From Podarcis bocagei (Eukaryota), in NCBI GenBank assembly GCA_964188305.1, contig OZ076886.1: a stretch of 64,000 nucleotides of DNA; one strand, written 5' to 3'. Made by a program: the position numbers and the translations under genes. This document shows, piece after piece, positions 23,854 to 37,058 of this stretch (positions within the stretch are counted from its first letter, which is position 1; the number at the start of each line of letters is the position of its first letter). Under the pieces are notes generated by a model, which searched no databases, had not been told where the DNA came from, and saw nothing but the letters and a program-made list of their open reading frames with translations.

Positions 23854-25682
23854 CAGGGATCCTGAAGTATACATAATTTGTGGTCCAACAACTGAAAACA
23901 CAAATGCGCTGCAAGTTCATTATGTCAGTATCGCGGGCATACAAGACAGCATAAATTGGAGTGCCAATGGGCTTAAATTTCAGAGTAGGTTAACTGCCAC
24001 AGGTTTCTCGAGAGTTTTTCCTTTCACTGCGGAAGAGAAATGATCTCACTGATACAATTAAAATACTTCAAGCAAATAATTCTCTCTCTTTCTCTCTCTC
24101 TGTATATATATGAATGCATATTTTAAAGAACCTCGAGACTTATAAGACTATAATCTGCTTTATGTAATCATCATCCTCCCACTTGGCCTCATATTTCTTT
24201 CCTCAGATTAATTTCTTGATTTATAATAACAGCTATTTTTGTGTGTGTAATAAAATACATAGAGCCAGATGCTCTGCAGGGATTTCCTGCTGCCGTTACT
24301 TAGCACTTATGAGTTCGCCTGTTGGATAATAATTAACAGCCACAGAGAATGGCATGGACCCCACGCTGGAGCTGTAAAATACCACATCACATAGTCATTG
24401 ACCTGGTGTGTGTATGACCCTTTATTGTTTAAATTGTATTTGACTTCATACTATCATCTAGCAGGAGGTACTATAATGTCTGTGAAGCGTATTAAAATGC
24501 TTTTAGCATTTTATTCAAGTCCTGACATTTCTATTGATTTCTTACACAAACTTGTAAAACCTCAAAGCAGTTTTCACTGTTAACCTAAACAATTTTGGCT
24601 AGTAACATTTTGCAAAATGTGGTCTTAACCATTTCAAATTTTCCTGATCAGTTTGACGTTCATATGCACAAACGCACAGTGTTTTGCAATCCCATATGCT
24701 GTTTGTTTGCTGTTTGGGAGCGTTATCTGCAAAGAGCGGTTGAGTGTTCAACCTTTCTGGAAACTGCACCTCTCTGAGCAGGGGTCTCCTCTCAACACTC
24801 GTAACAAACTACAGTTCCCAGGATTCTTGGGGAGAAATCATAACTGTTTAAAGTGGTATGATACTGCTTTAAACGTATAAGTGCAGATGGGGCCTAGCTC
24901 TCTCTGTCTGATGTCTAGTTTTCTGTAGGATGAGGATTTAGCATAGAAGAGAATATATGAGCTCCATACTGCAGTATGAAGTAATGCAGCTCTCCCCCCC
25001 CCCCCATCTGCCAGGTTAGTAAGAAGCTGTAGTTTCAGTGGGTTTGGCTTTGTTTCTTGTTAAGTAAGCAAATGAGCTTCATTAATGTAAACGCAGTGTC
25101 AGATACAAGTTGGATCAGGGGTTTTGAAGTAGGACATGACATATTTCAGGGGAGGTCACTTTGTAAATGGAGGCTGGTGTAATTGCTGCAAACTTGCATT
25201 ATAATGTAAATTAGTGTTAGCACAGCAATGAAAATTATTCAGCAATCTGTCGGCGGATTAAAAACGCCAGGCATTATGGGTGTACATGTATAAGGATATA
25301 TGAATACCCCGTTTCAAAAGGATGGTCCCGATGAACCCCTCATGCACTAAAAGCAGGGCTGCAGGGGCTATCCTAACCCTTACCAGCTGCACATACAGCA
25401 TGTACCAATGTACATTCAAAGACTTTCTCCATGTAAGGAAGAATCCGAGACTAATCAGAACTCAGTTTTTGCATGGAGGAGGTCTCCCTGCATAGGACCC
25501 GCTGCCACAATGTGGGACTTGGAGATGGCGCATCCAGGTAGAGCAGTGTCAGGGGCAGGGCTCAACTCCCTAATACAGTCTATGCTTTTAAAATGGAATG
25601 GGCTCCACAGAGACTGTGGAGACTGTTGCAGCACCATGTGTTTAGACACTCTGGCATATAGAAATCCAGTATACAGTATAAG

Positions 25683-26010
25683 AGCATAGGAACATGGAAA
25701 GTCTCCATAGCCACTAAGACAGGTCACATCTAGCTCAGTATTGTCTATATCAGGCATAGGCAAACTTGGCCCTCCAGATGCTTTGGGACTACAAGTCCCA
25801 TCATCCCTAGCTAACAGGACCAGTGGTCAGGGATGATGGGAATTGTAGTCCCAAAACATCTGGAGGGCCGAGTTTGCCTACGCCTGGTCTACATTGAGTG
25901 GTAGCAGCTCTCCACGGTTCCAGGTGAGTCTCTCACAGACCGACCTGGAGATGCTTTGGATGGAAACTGACAAAGCACATTTTCTACCACACTGAGCTAC
26001 AGCCCTCCCC
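25683..26010 (-). mobile_element. tRNA-head/CR1-tail SINE (Squam2-like), interrupted by a hAT MITE
   Basis: Minus-strand head ggggagggctgtagctcagtgtggtagaaa; tail ...tagacaatactgagctagatg...ttcctatg. Confidence 0.7.
25751..25886. mobile_element. Palindromic hAT (Charlie-type) MITE, 136 bp
   Basis: caggcataggcaaac / gtttgcctacgcctg; TSD gtctatat/gtctacat. Confidence 0.9.
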
Positions 26011-28594
26011 AAACTCCCCATACTTAAATGTGTGGGGCACGTAGTTCCACCCCTACTATGAAAGAATGGGAAGTTGGCAACAGACTCCCCATCCTGGTAT
26101 GTGGGTTGTACAGTTTTTTAGTGGCGAAAAGGCAAGTTACTACTAAAGGTTGCAATCACATTCATTAAGGGGTCAGTCATCTGGAAAAGCAAAGAGAGGT
26201 GGGTGATTTGGTTTCCACAAGAAAACAAAGGCGTTGATTGCCTCATGGGAAAAGGGAAAAGCACATTGTATAGGTGGTTTTTCTTCCCTCCCCTTGATAT
26301 ATGTAAAAAAAAAATAATAATCCTTCATTTGATGGATTTGGCTGATTGCTATGCAGCGTATTGTCAGCGTGAACTGAATTCATTTACAGCATTGCTCTGT
26401 CAAGTAGGCAGGCAGCCGGGTGCAATTCTGAAAGTTGACAGGATGGAACCTCTCCCATCTGCCAATTATTGGGTGACCTTGGGGAATCGGTGGGCTGTAA
26501 CGTCCACACTTCCTAGCTAACTCCTTAATCACTTGGTAGACTGAAAATAATAATGTAATTTCAGGAACTCAGTAAAGCAACTTTGTCTTTCTGGAGCGGC
26601 TCCTCCAAAGTCTGTCAAATTGTGTTTTTATTTCCTGCTGCCTTGATTTAAAAAAAACAAGCAAGCAAGCAAGCTGGTGCCAATGTGTTGCTTTTATTAT
26701 AACTATGTTTTCAATAAGGTATCAGGTGGAGAACAGCCTCTGTCCATCCCAAAACAAAATTCCCTTCACCTGTCACTTAGTGGAAAGATAAATAATAAGG
26801 ACAAAATGCTTTGATAATGTGTAGGAGGAAATTTCTTCGCCGCAAGTATAACGTGACAGCTTGAAGTTCTTGACAGTTAACATCTGAATAGCAACATGCT
26901 TGATGCTGAACCAGTCATGTTAGCTGTGGGATCAGTTCCGAAAAGAATCCTTTTGAATCTGTACACAATTTCCTGTCACACACATTATTTAAGAGGTGAG
27001 GTGGCTTTTGTGAAGTGATTCCTATTTGCCTCTCTCTTTCTCTAGCTCATGTGCCGTAGTGGGCAGATCCGCAGCATACATTTTGAGCATATGATGTCTC
27101 CCAAAGAGTTTGTTACGGGTGCTGTGAATTGTACCTATATGGGGAAAACTACAATTCCCAATATTTGCCTTAAATGTATGTTGAGTATGCTTTAAATGTA
27201 TGGTGTGGAGAGACCTGGAATCAGAACATTTGAAACAAACAAGCGGACATAATCTGCCATAGACCGCCAATTCTAATTTTAAATCTTATAAAACAAGTGT
27301 AGTGAATTGAGGCCCAGGGATTCAATGTGGACCTCCAGGACCTCTTTATCTAGCCCTTGAGTTGAGTAACTCTTGAACTCTGATAATGTCTCTTTCTTGC
27401 CTGAGTGCAAGACAGAGGGTTTGAGTGTGTGTATGTGTAGAAACTAGTGTTGAAACTTATTAATTGCTCCACCAACTTTCACCTCTGGTCCTACCCTTTC
27501 TTACCAGAAGGTTGTCCAGAAGAGAATGTGTCCCTCAAGCTGAAAATGTTCCCCCACAACTGTGACACAGGACAAACCAATTCTCAATAAACAGAGTATG
27601 AAAATACATCAAGAAAACCATACAAAAGATTGCCACACAGCAAGTGAGTCAGGTGTTTCCAGCAAGTGTTCCAATTAACGTTATGGAAGGAAACAGAAAA
27701 CCTTCAGGATTCATGCTATAGAAAATGACAGCCTGCAGAAGTAGAGCTCAAGCACAAAGCAGGTTACCCAACAGTACTCATTGAATTCATGACTGTGCTG
27801 AGAAATTTCCATCTAAAGAGATGGTGACTTTATTGAACCCAGAGCCAGGACCATTTTTTCTTCTGTGATGAATTCCAGTGCTTTCTTCTGCTAAAAAAAC
27901 AACTTATGCCGATCTCAGGTTTCTCTGTTGCTAAATGTATTGTGACACTAGCTTCCTCCACCTCACCAGGTTATTAGAGAATTAGCTAAAGATAAATGCA
28001 CTGGAAAAGCAAAGGATTCGTAACTTTATCTGAACTGTTTACATCCTCCTCAGTATTGCCCATGTGAAAAGATATATTCTATGGATACACCAAAACAGAC
28101 ACTGCTAAATAGTAAAAAGATATAACTCACAACTGAGTGCAGTAAGCTTATTACAAAAATGGTTTCTGGAAATCAAATGCACTTTGAGTTACTTACCGCT
28201 ATTCATCAAGGGCACTGATTATAATGAGGGATTCTCTGTACACTGAGACAGATTTGAATCTGCATTGTTTTCACATCTGTCTACCATGGGGTTGTCGTAA
28301 GTACAGTGAAGCAATGAAGCTTTTCAAAGATTCTTAATATAACAGCAATTCAATTATTTAAATTGTTTTTCCTGTGGGGTGGTCCCTTTCATTGTCCTTA
28401 TTGTCCAAGTGAAGAGCTATTTATTGCTTTAAAACTCATTGGGTTGGTTCCTAGATACTGCTTTGCAGGTGTAGGGCAACACCCCCCCTCCCCATGCTTG
28501 GATTACAATCTGGATCAAGACTTGCTCTTCCCCACCCACAAGTAACCACCCTGCATGTACATAGATAACATGGGGCTTGGTCCTTAGACAGTCA

Positions 28595-28960
28595 CAGGGC
28601 CGGCGAAGCCATTAGGCAGGGTGAGACCACTGCCTCAGGTGGCGGAAGCCCCTGAAGCAACACCCCCATGCAGGCACTTTGCCTGCCCTGCTGCCTCTGC
28701 CAGTGATGGAGACGCAACACTGACATCAGTGCTGATTTCAAACAAGATCTTGGTGGTGGTTTCAGCTGAGATCTTGCTAAAATCCTGTGAGATTTTGCAG
28801 AAATCTCACCTGACACCACCGAAATCTCACCTAAAATTGTTGAGATCTCACCCAAAAGTGGTGCCGATGCCAGTGCTGCTAATCCACCAGTAGTGCCGGT
28901 GGTGGCAGGGTGAGTGGTGCAGGTGGCTGGAACAGACATGGCAGTGCTGGCGATTGTGGC
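28595..28960. mobile_element. Degenerate hAT-like non-autonomous element with internal gagatctc repeats
   Basis: cagggccggc...attaggcagggtgag terminus-like motif; repeated gagatct/aaatctcacc. Confidence 0.45.
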
Positions 28961-29659
28961 ACTGGTGGTAACAGCAGGGCAGGCAGAAAGTCCTGTTTTG
29001 TCTCAAGCTGCAAAGCAAGACACACTGCCCCTGGGCAGCCATATTTGCAGGAAGGAAAGAAGTGTGCACATATCCAGATATTTCGAAATGTTTGACCGGA
29101 GGCAATCACCTTGCTGAACAGGCAAGCTGGCTTTAAATGGAGAAGTAGCTTCCCTGTTGAGCCAGTTGATCAGCTACAGCTACAGATTATTTCCCTGTTT
29201 TGAACAGTTTCCAGACCGATAGATCTGATGAAGTTAATCCAAAGGCCAACCACATTTTCTTTCTTTTTTTTTCTCAGCCTCCATCCCCATGGATTCTAGA
29301 TTAATAAATGCTGATATGCTGACTAAAGGAACTCTTAGAGACCCCCTCCATTGCCTTAGAAAAAAAATCTTACTGCTTTATGAGTGATACCTTGGAAGGC
29401 AGATAAAATACAAAATGACTGATAGCTTGGTATGTTTTAATTATTCCTTTCATAAGCTACAAAATTAAATTCTATGAAGCTGAAGACATTATCGCTTATT
29501 AAATTTTGATGGAACTCAGAAAGTGTAACTTTTAATGAAACTTTCCGCACCTTCATAACCATTTTATTTTTTTGCATTTTAATCATTCCCCCCATCCTTT
29601 GCTTACCATACAATTTCCTCCCTCACACTGCCAATATTTTTAGGGTTTTAAATGTGCAT

Positions 29660-29702
29660 GTGTATGTATGTATGTATGTATGTATGTATGTATGTATGTA
29701 TG
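29660..29702. repeat. (TATG)n microsatellite
   Basis: Read directly from sequence. Confidence 0.95.
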
Positions 29703-29718
29703 CAGGGGTTGCATGTAT

Positions 29719-30010
29719 AAATCAGCCCTGAGTGCTCACTGGAAGCACAGATCGTGAAGCTGAGGCTCCAATACTTTGGCCACCTCATGAGAAGAGAAGA
29801 CTCCCTGGAAAAGACCCTGATGTTGGGAAAGATGGAGGGCACAAGGAGAAGGGACGACAGAGGATGAGATGGTTGGATAGTGTTCTCGAAGCTACCAGCA
29901 TGAGTCTGACCAAACTGCGGGAGGCAGTGGAAGACAGGAGTGCCTGGCGTGCTCTGGTCCATGGGGTCACGAAGAGTCGGACACGACTAAATGACTAAAC
30001 AACAACAACA
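29719..30010 (+). mobile_element. BovB LINE 3' end
   Basis: ...RQRMRWLDSVLEATSMSLTKLREAVEDRSAWRALVHGVTKSRTRLND*; (CAA)n tail. Confidence 0.93.
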
Positions 30011-30761
30011 GGGGCTGCCTATCCTGCTTGCTCCACTTGCCAAACCCACTTACCTGCCAACTCTGCCTCCTCCCCCCCACCTGGTCCCCTCTTCCTCCCT
30101 TTACACCTTGCCCATCTCTCACCTAACCCCTCACATCTTACCCCAACCCACGGAGTATGCAGGCGCAGGACTTCCTTGTTGCTGTTCTGGTTCAAGAGCC
30201 ACAAGGAAGCTTATGTCTAGCTTTCTCATTGGTGTGCCCTCTAAGCCTCCCATGACATCAATGACAGTATAAAGTATTTGCTACAAAACTGTCTAGGAAA
30301 AGAGTTTATTTTTTCCATTTTGAGCTTTGTCACTCAGGGTTTATCATGACTAGAGTGCGAATTGCATTCTGGCTGCTGTCCTTGGGTGAATTCGTTCCTC
30401 CTTAGGACAATTATCGTGAGCAATTTCCTACCCTCTCCTTCGCTCATCTAGTGGCTATCCAAGGTGCCTAATGTCCTTGTTCTTCATGTGACATGTTTCT
30501 TGTTAAGCTGAAAGAGGAAAGCACTATAACTCATCTCAGCCAATTGACAGAGCTGCATGGCTTCATTCCAAACCCCCACTCCAAGAAAATGTAATTCTTC
30601 AGTTGCTGGTAGTAGGAGACTGTTTGGTTTTGAAGATGCTTCTTCACAAAAATCATTTTTCACCAGATTTGGAATAGCTAGCTGTTCCAAGAAGACAAGG
30701 GTTCTGACAGTGTTATATAGGCTTGACCTTCCCATCAGTGTTACAAAGCTTTCCTTTTTAA

Positions 30762-30764
<3 letters not shown>

Positions 30765-30809
<45 letters not shown>
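30765..30809. repeat. Compound (AT)n(AG)n microsatellite
   Basis: Read directly from sequence. Confidence 0.95.
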
Positions 30810-30813
<4 letters not shown>

Positions 30814-32661
30814 TCTACTGGGTGTAATGTGTTAGGAGCACTGCTCCAAACTGGACGTTGGATATTTTATAAAGACTTCAGATCTCTAATTGATTATTTG
30901 TACAGAAATAGATACAGTTGTTTATTTGGCCTCCAGAGTCAGAATGGTCATCTGAAGTGTTATTTTCATTAGAAGAGTCTGGGGAAAACTTTGAGCACAG
31001 GTGTCTCTACGTCTTGGTCTCCCCAAAACGGCAGCAAGGAGACAGGGTCTGAAGCAAAGGAAGTTTTAAGTGAACTGTGCATGCACAAACTGCTAAGTGC
31101 ACTAAGGAAACTAGAGCAAAAAAATGCAGAACTATGGACCTTGGCCAATGATATCACTACCCACACAATGTCATCATGTCAGGTAGGTCAACAGTGCTTT
31201 GCTGATCCACACATGCAGTAGTGTTGGAACTGCCCAAGTCAAGTTTCTTAAAAGGTGGTAGGTGTTTGTTTTTGTATTGTATTTGCATTGGAGATGTACC
31301 GTATTTCACAAAGAATGAATGAGGAAAGGAGGTGGCCATTGGCAGTTGGCAGTTCTGCCTTCATCTAGGAGGCCAACTCTCTCTGCATCTAGGTCAACTC
31401 TCTCTCACACACAACTGTGGCCTTTGTCCTTCTCACTATCAGCCAGGTGAGGGAGGGGGTCCACGCGTTTGCCCTCTGGCACAGAGCAGCTTCCTTTCTT
31501 ATACTAATGACCCATACTTAGGGCCAAGAAGCTGGCCTGGCTAGTCCAACAATTGAATCCTCCATTAGATTTTAACCTTTGCTGGATCCAGGAATTAGAA
31601 GAGATTCAGGTATACAGCCTAAACCCCCTTCCCTCATAAAAACTCTGAGAGTAGAAAGAGAACGTAGAGCCACAATAAAGCAGAAAAAGTGGCCAGCTTC
31701 TGTATGTAGTACTACTGAGTTCACATCAGCATTTCCTCCCATGTTCCAAAACACCATGAAGGCTTCTGGGTAGCACAATCCAACAGTGCAAGCTTTGCTG
31801 AACTGGAATGCGGAATTAGTTTCCCTCAGTTAGCAAAAATACATTCCAGTCCCAACCAAGCATGGCTCTTATGGTTCCTTTCTTTTCGATCAATATATTC
31901 TACACCCAGCATGACAGCTAAACATATCTTAGTCCCCAGTTCCTGGAGGGCAATACATCTATCTTAACAGCTGCCTTTTGGGTTTGATTTGATTCACCTG
32001 ACCCGATTTAAAAAGCATATGGAAGAGACAACACCCCTAACACAGTCCTGCTGAGTGTTTGTCTCTGAGGCATCTCTGAAAATCCCCTTACAAGTCATGT
32101 GCTCAATGAGAAGCATGTGCTCAACAGTAATCTCAGCTGGTGTCCTACTAGATGGCGCGTAATACACGAACAAGTCCTAACAGCAGCAGCTGCTGAAAAT
32201 GCGATTGCGTTTTCCAAGATGACAGCGTGTGAAATGATATTGGGGCTAAAACAGCTGAACTGCAGAAGCAAAGTGCTGTAATGTAGGAACCTATTACAGA
32301 CTTATGAGGTGTGAGCATTTCCCAGCTAAACACATTGCAAACACTAATGTATTTTCAAGTCTACAGTGTGTGAAATGACAGACCCTCCTAAAGGAGATGA
32401 GGTGGTGGAGGAAGAGCTTTAATGCAAAAAGTGCATTACGAACTTATGAGCTGTGGACTCCTTTCTTCACTGAGAGGCAACATCAAAGAGCCACTGGTGT
32501 CTCGCCATTTAGTACTTACTGGATGCCATCACTCCTCCTCTGACTCAGCTGGCTTGTTAAATCACTCGCAACTTGGGAATAGGGGAGACGGTAGCGGAAA
32601 ATACCAAATGCCAACTCCAGTCCTCCCAAACTACACTAAAGGCAACAGTGAAAGGCTAAGG

Positions 32662-32797
32662 AAGGCATCCCCAACCTTCAGCCCTCCAGATGTTTTGGAC
32701 TACAATTCCCCTCATCCTTGACCACTGCTCCTGTTAGCTAGGGATCATGGGAGTTGTAGGCCAAAACATCTGGAGGGCCGCAGGTTGGGGATGCCTG
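32662..32797. mobile_element. Palindromic hAT (Charlie-type) MITE, 136 bp
   Basis: aaggcatccccaacc / ggttggggatgcctg; perfect 8-bp TSD ggctaagg. Confidence 0.9.
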
Positions 32798-33452
32798 GGC
32801 TAAGGCCTTTAGTAGAAGTGGTGGACAGGCAGACAGTTGTGGGCTTGATGGGCAGGTGCACACTTCTGGTGGCCTGGTGGTGCTTGGGTTAATTTTACTT
32901 TGGCTCCACTTGTGAAGATGGTCTCCCAGCACGCCCAAAGAATATGTTGTGAGTCCACTTTTAATGTTGCATCCGCATGCAGTCAACATGCTGCGCCTTT
33001 TGGTGTGGTGTCAATAAAGAGGCATAAAAGGGTGACATTGGCTGCTCAGACTAGAAATGACTGCAGTGTGGCAACCCCAGCATTTGTGAAGCCTCTGAAC
33101 TCTAATATCCCACCACTCACTGCCATCTTTCTCATTAGGTGGTTACCTACCTGGAAAGTACAGAGAGTTTGGTAGCTTTCTAACCTTCTCCACTTGTTCA
33201 GGATTATTCATGGCAACTCATCCTGAGCAAATCTCGATAAATCAACTCTTGTCTGCCCAGTTCAATTTCAATGAAGTCATTCTCTTTAGGGTTCTGAACT
33301 CTTACTTTAAGTACCAGTTCTTGCACATTATATGGAAAAGTTCCTGTGAGAAGCAGTGGCTGTAAGGGTGGTGCAGAGCCCCTACAGCAGCCATTGACTT
33401 GCTGAGGTACATATTGTCTTGGTACAATTGAGGTACAGATGAGGGATAAACA

Positions 33453-33530
33453 GTATTGTATTGTATTGTATTGTATTGTATTGTATTGTATTGTATTGTA
33501 TTGTATTGTATTGTATTGTATTGTATTGTA
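33453..33530. repeat. (TATTG)n pentanucleotide microsatellite
   Basis: Read directly from sequence. Confidence 0.97.
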
Positions 33531-33982
33531 CAGAGAGAAGCTGGAAGAGCAACACCCTTCCCCACTTCCTCTTTCAGCTGCATGTACTTTTCAATATTCA
33601 AATCAGCACCTGAGCAGCTGAACAGCAGGTACAGGAATAGAGAGGATAGGATAGAAAGGGAAGCAACCCGGGGGACTGGGGTGAGGAAAGCAGAGCAATT
33701 GGAGAGAGGCAGGGGAGAAAGGGTGCCACAGAAATTGGGGTGGAGAAAAAGTATGTGTGCCATATACTGGATGCAATAAAACACATTATCTTGCAATAAT
33801 TCTTTTTCACATTTGTCCCCCCCCCATCAAATCACATATAGCATCTGTTTCCATTGACTGAACTATAAATTTCTGTAACCTGGTGATTTCCAGTAATGTT
33901 ATGGCAAAAAAAGATAGGGATCTGAGACATGACTCATCATGGAGCCTGATAATTTTTAGATGATGATGATGATGATAACAGT

Positions 33983-34232
33983 AATAATAATTTATTATTT
34001 ATACCCCACCCATCTGGCTGGGTTTCCCCAGGCACTCTGGGCAGCTTCCAGCAGAATATTAAAATACAATGATTCATCAAATATTAAAAGCTTCCCTAAA
34101 CAGGGCTGCCTTCAGAAGTCTTCTAAAAGTCTGATAGTTTTTTATTTCTTTGACATCTGATGGGAGGGCATTCCACAGGGCAGGTGCCACTACCGAGAAG
34201 GCCCTTTGCCTGGTTCCCTGTAACTTTGCTTC
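33983..34232 (-). mobile_element. L2 3' end
   Basis: tttataccccacccatctggctgggtttcccc...gggagggcattccacagggcaggtgccactaccgagaaggccc, the antisense L2 terminus. Confidence 0.8.
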
Positions 34233-36854
34233 TGTCCAGTCATAGGTCACTTGTGTCCTGCAATTTTGTTGCTATCATACATTAAAAAGAATATGTATTT
34301 ATATCTTGCCTTTCTCCCCAAGCTGGGAGTCAAGGCAGCTTGCAACATTATGAAATGTAAAGTAATAAAAAACCTAGTTAAAAACAATTATTAAAATACA
34401 TCCAACACATTTTAAACCAGCAATAAGAAACAGTTTGCCCAGACAGCAGCCCAGTGATCAGCATTATCTGCACCTTAGTTTTCAGAGGCCAGTGTGAATA
34501 GGAAGATCTTAGCTTGCTGGCGGAAGAATAAAAAAAGAGGGAGTCAATCTAACCTCGCTTGGGAGGGAATTCCACAATATGGGAACAGCCATGGAAAAGA
34601 TGGTTTCTCATATCACCATCAACCATGATTCTGAAGTGGTTGGGACCAAGAGAAGGTGCTCCCCAAGGATCTTAGCACTTGGGCTGGTTCGTAGAAAGAT
34701 TTGTAGATCTATGGTTTCTGAACACTCTTTCAAAATACCAGCTGTGCCCACAGGTCACCAAATTGTTGGCAACTCTGGAATAGACCAATGGTGGTAAAAT
34801 TACTAGAACCCAGCAAAAATGCACAATATTTTGAGGAGACCTTCCTAGCCTCAACATTTGGGAGAATAATCTCTAGAATCACTCCAAATTCCACTTTAGT
34901 CACAAGTCAGTTTTATACAATTCTGTAGTAAAAATGAACAGTACTATTGGGCCAACTTGGTCATAGGGATGCCCTGCTGAGTGTTCTGGACTTGAAGATC
35001 TGGCTTCAAATGCTGTTCATGAGATACCAAGATTACTTTGAGCCTCTTATCGCCTTGAACTTCCAATCTCAAACCACAACTTCTAAATAATAGCGACCTG
35101 ATTCACAGAATTAAGAACCAGTATGTGAAATAAAGATCTGCTGTCAACTGCAGGGTGCAACTAGATCATACTTGTGAGATAATGGTTTATCCATTTAATC
35201 TATTCCCTCATTATAAACACCTGAAACCTCTCTGGCTTTTGTGCTGGAATCACAGTGAAATGGTAACTGATGAAATAAGAACTGGAAGGAAACAGTATCC
35301 TTACGTAAAAATCACCAAAGGTTAACAATACGGAACAAAATTTGATATGGCACATAAAAGAAAACTTGGACAGTCTAACAGGTTTAATACTGTTTTATGT
35401 CAGGCTTATTCATTTAGATCCAAAAGCTGATCTTATTAAAAGAGACACACAGACACAGACAAAATTCAAGCCAGGGAGAAGCTGTCTTCTAAACCATATC
35501 AACTTCTGAATGGGAGTCTGATTCACTGAAAACCTTCAGGGTCAAATTACTAGAATGCCGATAGATGATGCAACAAAGGGTCCTGCTGGCAGGTGCTGCT
35601 GCAGAATGCTGCAATGCAGTTCTTGTATAACCACCCTCACTTCTGTGTTTGAAGAGCAAGAAACTCATTGCAGATGGGGGGGGGGAGCACAATTTCAAAT
35701 ACTATCCACATATACTTAAGGCATACTGGTGCTAAGAGGCTAGGCACAAAGAAATATCAATACTGTAGCTTGATTTACTTCTTCTTTTGCTAAGGGTTTG
35801 CTTCGCTACCTATGAGGCATTGTTATAATCAATAGTCCACCCTTGCTTAGTAATAATAAACAAAAGGAAATATTTCTGAAGGAATTTATATCAGATCCTA
35901 AAAGTATCTGTACTCCATTCAGAACCCCAGAATACAGAGTTCTAAGCATTTTAGATTATTTCAAAGGAGATGATGCCACCCCAGCTTGTCGTTATTGCAA
36001 ATAAAGATCAATTTAAGTGGGGTTTTTTTTTTTCCTTTGGAGTTTGCTCAGCTGCAATGGATTAAAAACATAAAGTGTGGCTTGCCATACATAACAGAAC
36101 AGGTTTCCAAGGTTGCAATCCTAAGCATGCATCCTGGCAACTGAATCTCACACGTCCCTGGAACTTCCTTACAGCCTAGATTCAGACTGCAAAAGTTTCA
36201 ATTTCCAATTCACATATTTGTTTTGTTTTTTGTTTTTAATGGTATCCAAATCAGCAGCTGCCTGATGAGCAAATTGTATTGGCTTTTAATTCATTTCACC
36301 CAGCTCAGATTATTTGATGAATGTGGATAATTTAATAATACTAAAGAGCTCATGAAATTAAAATTTGCTGCGTTGGAACAGTTTGTTAAATCTATACTTG
36401 ATTTATTCCTGTTGGCTTAATTTAATATTCTATTTTGAATTGAATCCCAGTGTATCCACTTCCTTGCTTTTCTTTTACTTGTGCTTTAAATGCATAAACT
36501 GGAAAGAAGGCAAACATAGATTCCCTTTTATTTGTACACAAACCTCATCCCATTCCAACCATCAGCTCCATCATCTGTAGTCTTCCTAGCTTCACTGAGT
36601 CACTTATTTTAGTGGGCACTACCCAATCTGGATGCACACCCTTCACAAAGGGGAAAAATTAAGAGAGATGTCTACAAGTGAAGATGGAAACTCAGAGAAA
36701 CTGTAGCACAACCTAGACACACCACTGTGGAACGGTAATAGAAGCCAAACAAACACAATACAAGGCAAAATGAGATGTGGGATTTCTTACTGTATTACTA
36801 TTTTAAATTAGATGTCTCCCAATCAATTAAAAAGGGAATTTAGTTTTTATTCAT

Positions 36855-37058
36855 AGCATTTATATTCTATCTTTTCTCCAAGGACCTTCTCCCCCTCCTC
36901 ATTTAACCCCCACAACAACCCTGTGAGGTTGTTTATGCTGAGAGGCAGTAACTGCTTTAGGGTCACACTGTGAGCTTCCTGACCAAGCGGGGACGAAGAT
37001 TTGAAATCTGGTCTCCTAGTTCTTTGTCTGACACTCTAACCACTAAACCACACTGGTT
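36855..37058 (-). mobile_element. Old MIR/Squam3-like SINE
   Basis: cacaacaaccctgtgagg...atttgaaatctggtctcc...ctctaaccactaaaccacactgg. Confidence 0.7.

Noticed and set aside
28190-28290. Minus-strand splice donor (ggtaagt) as end of a coding exon
   Set aside because: All three frames hit stops shortly before the donor.
33302-33796. 164-aa ORF with IQYNT repeats
   Set aside because: Translation of the (TATTG)n microsatellite.
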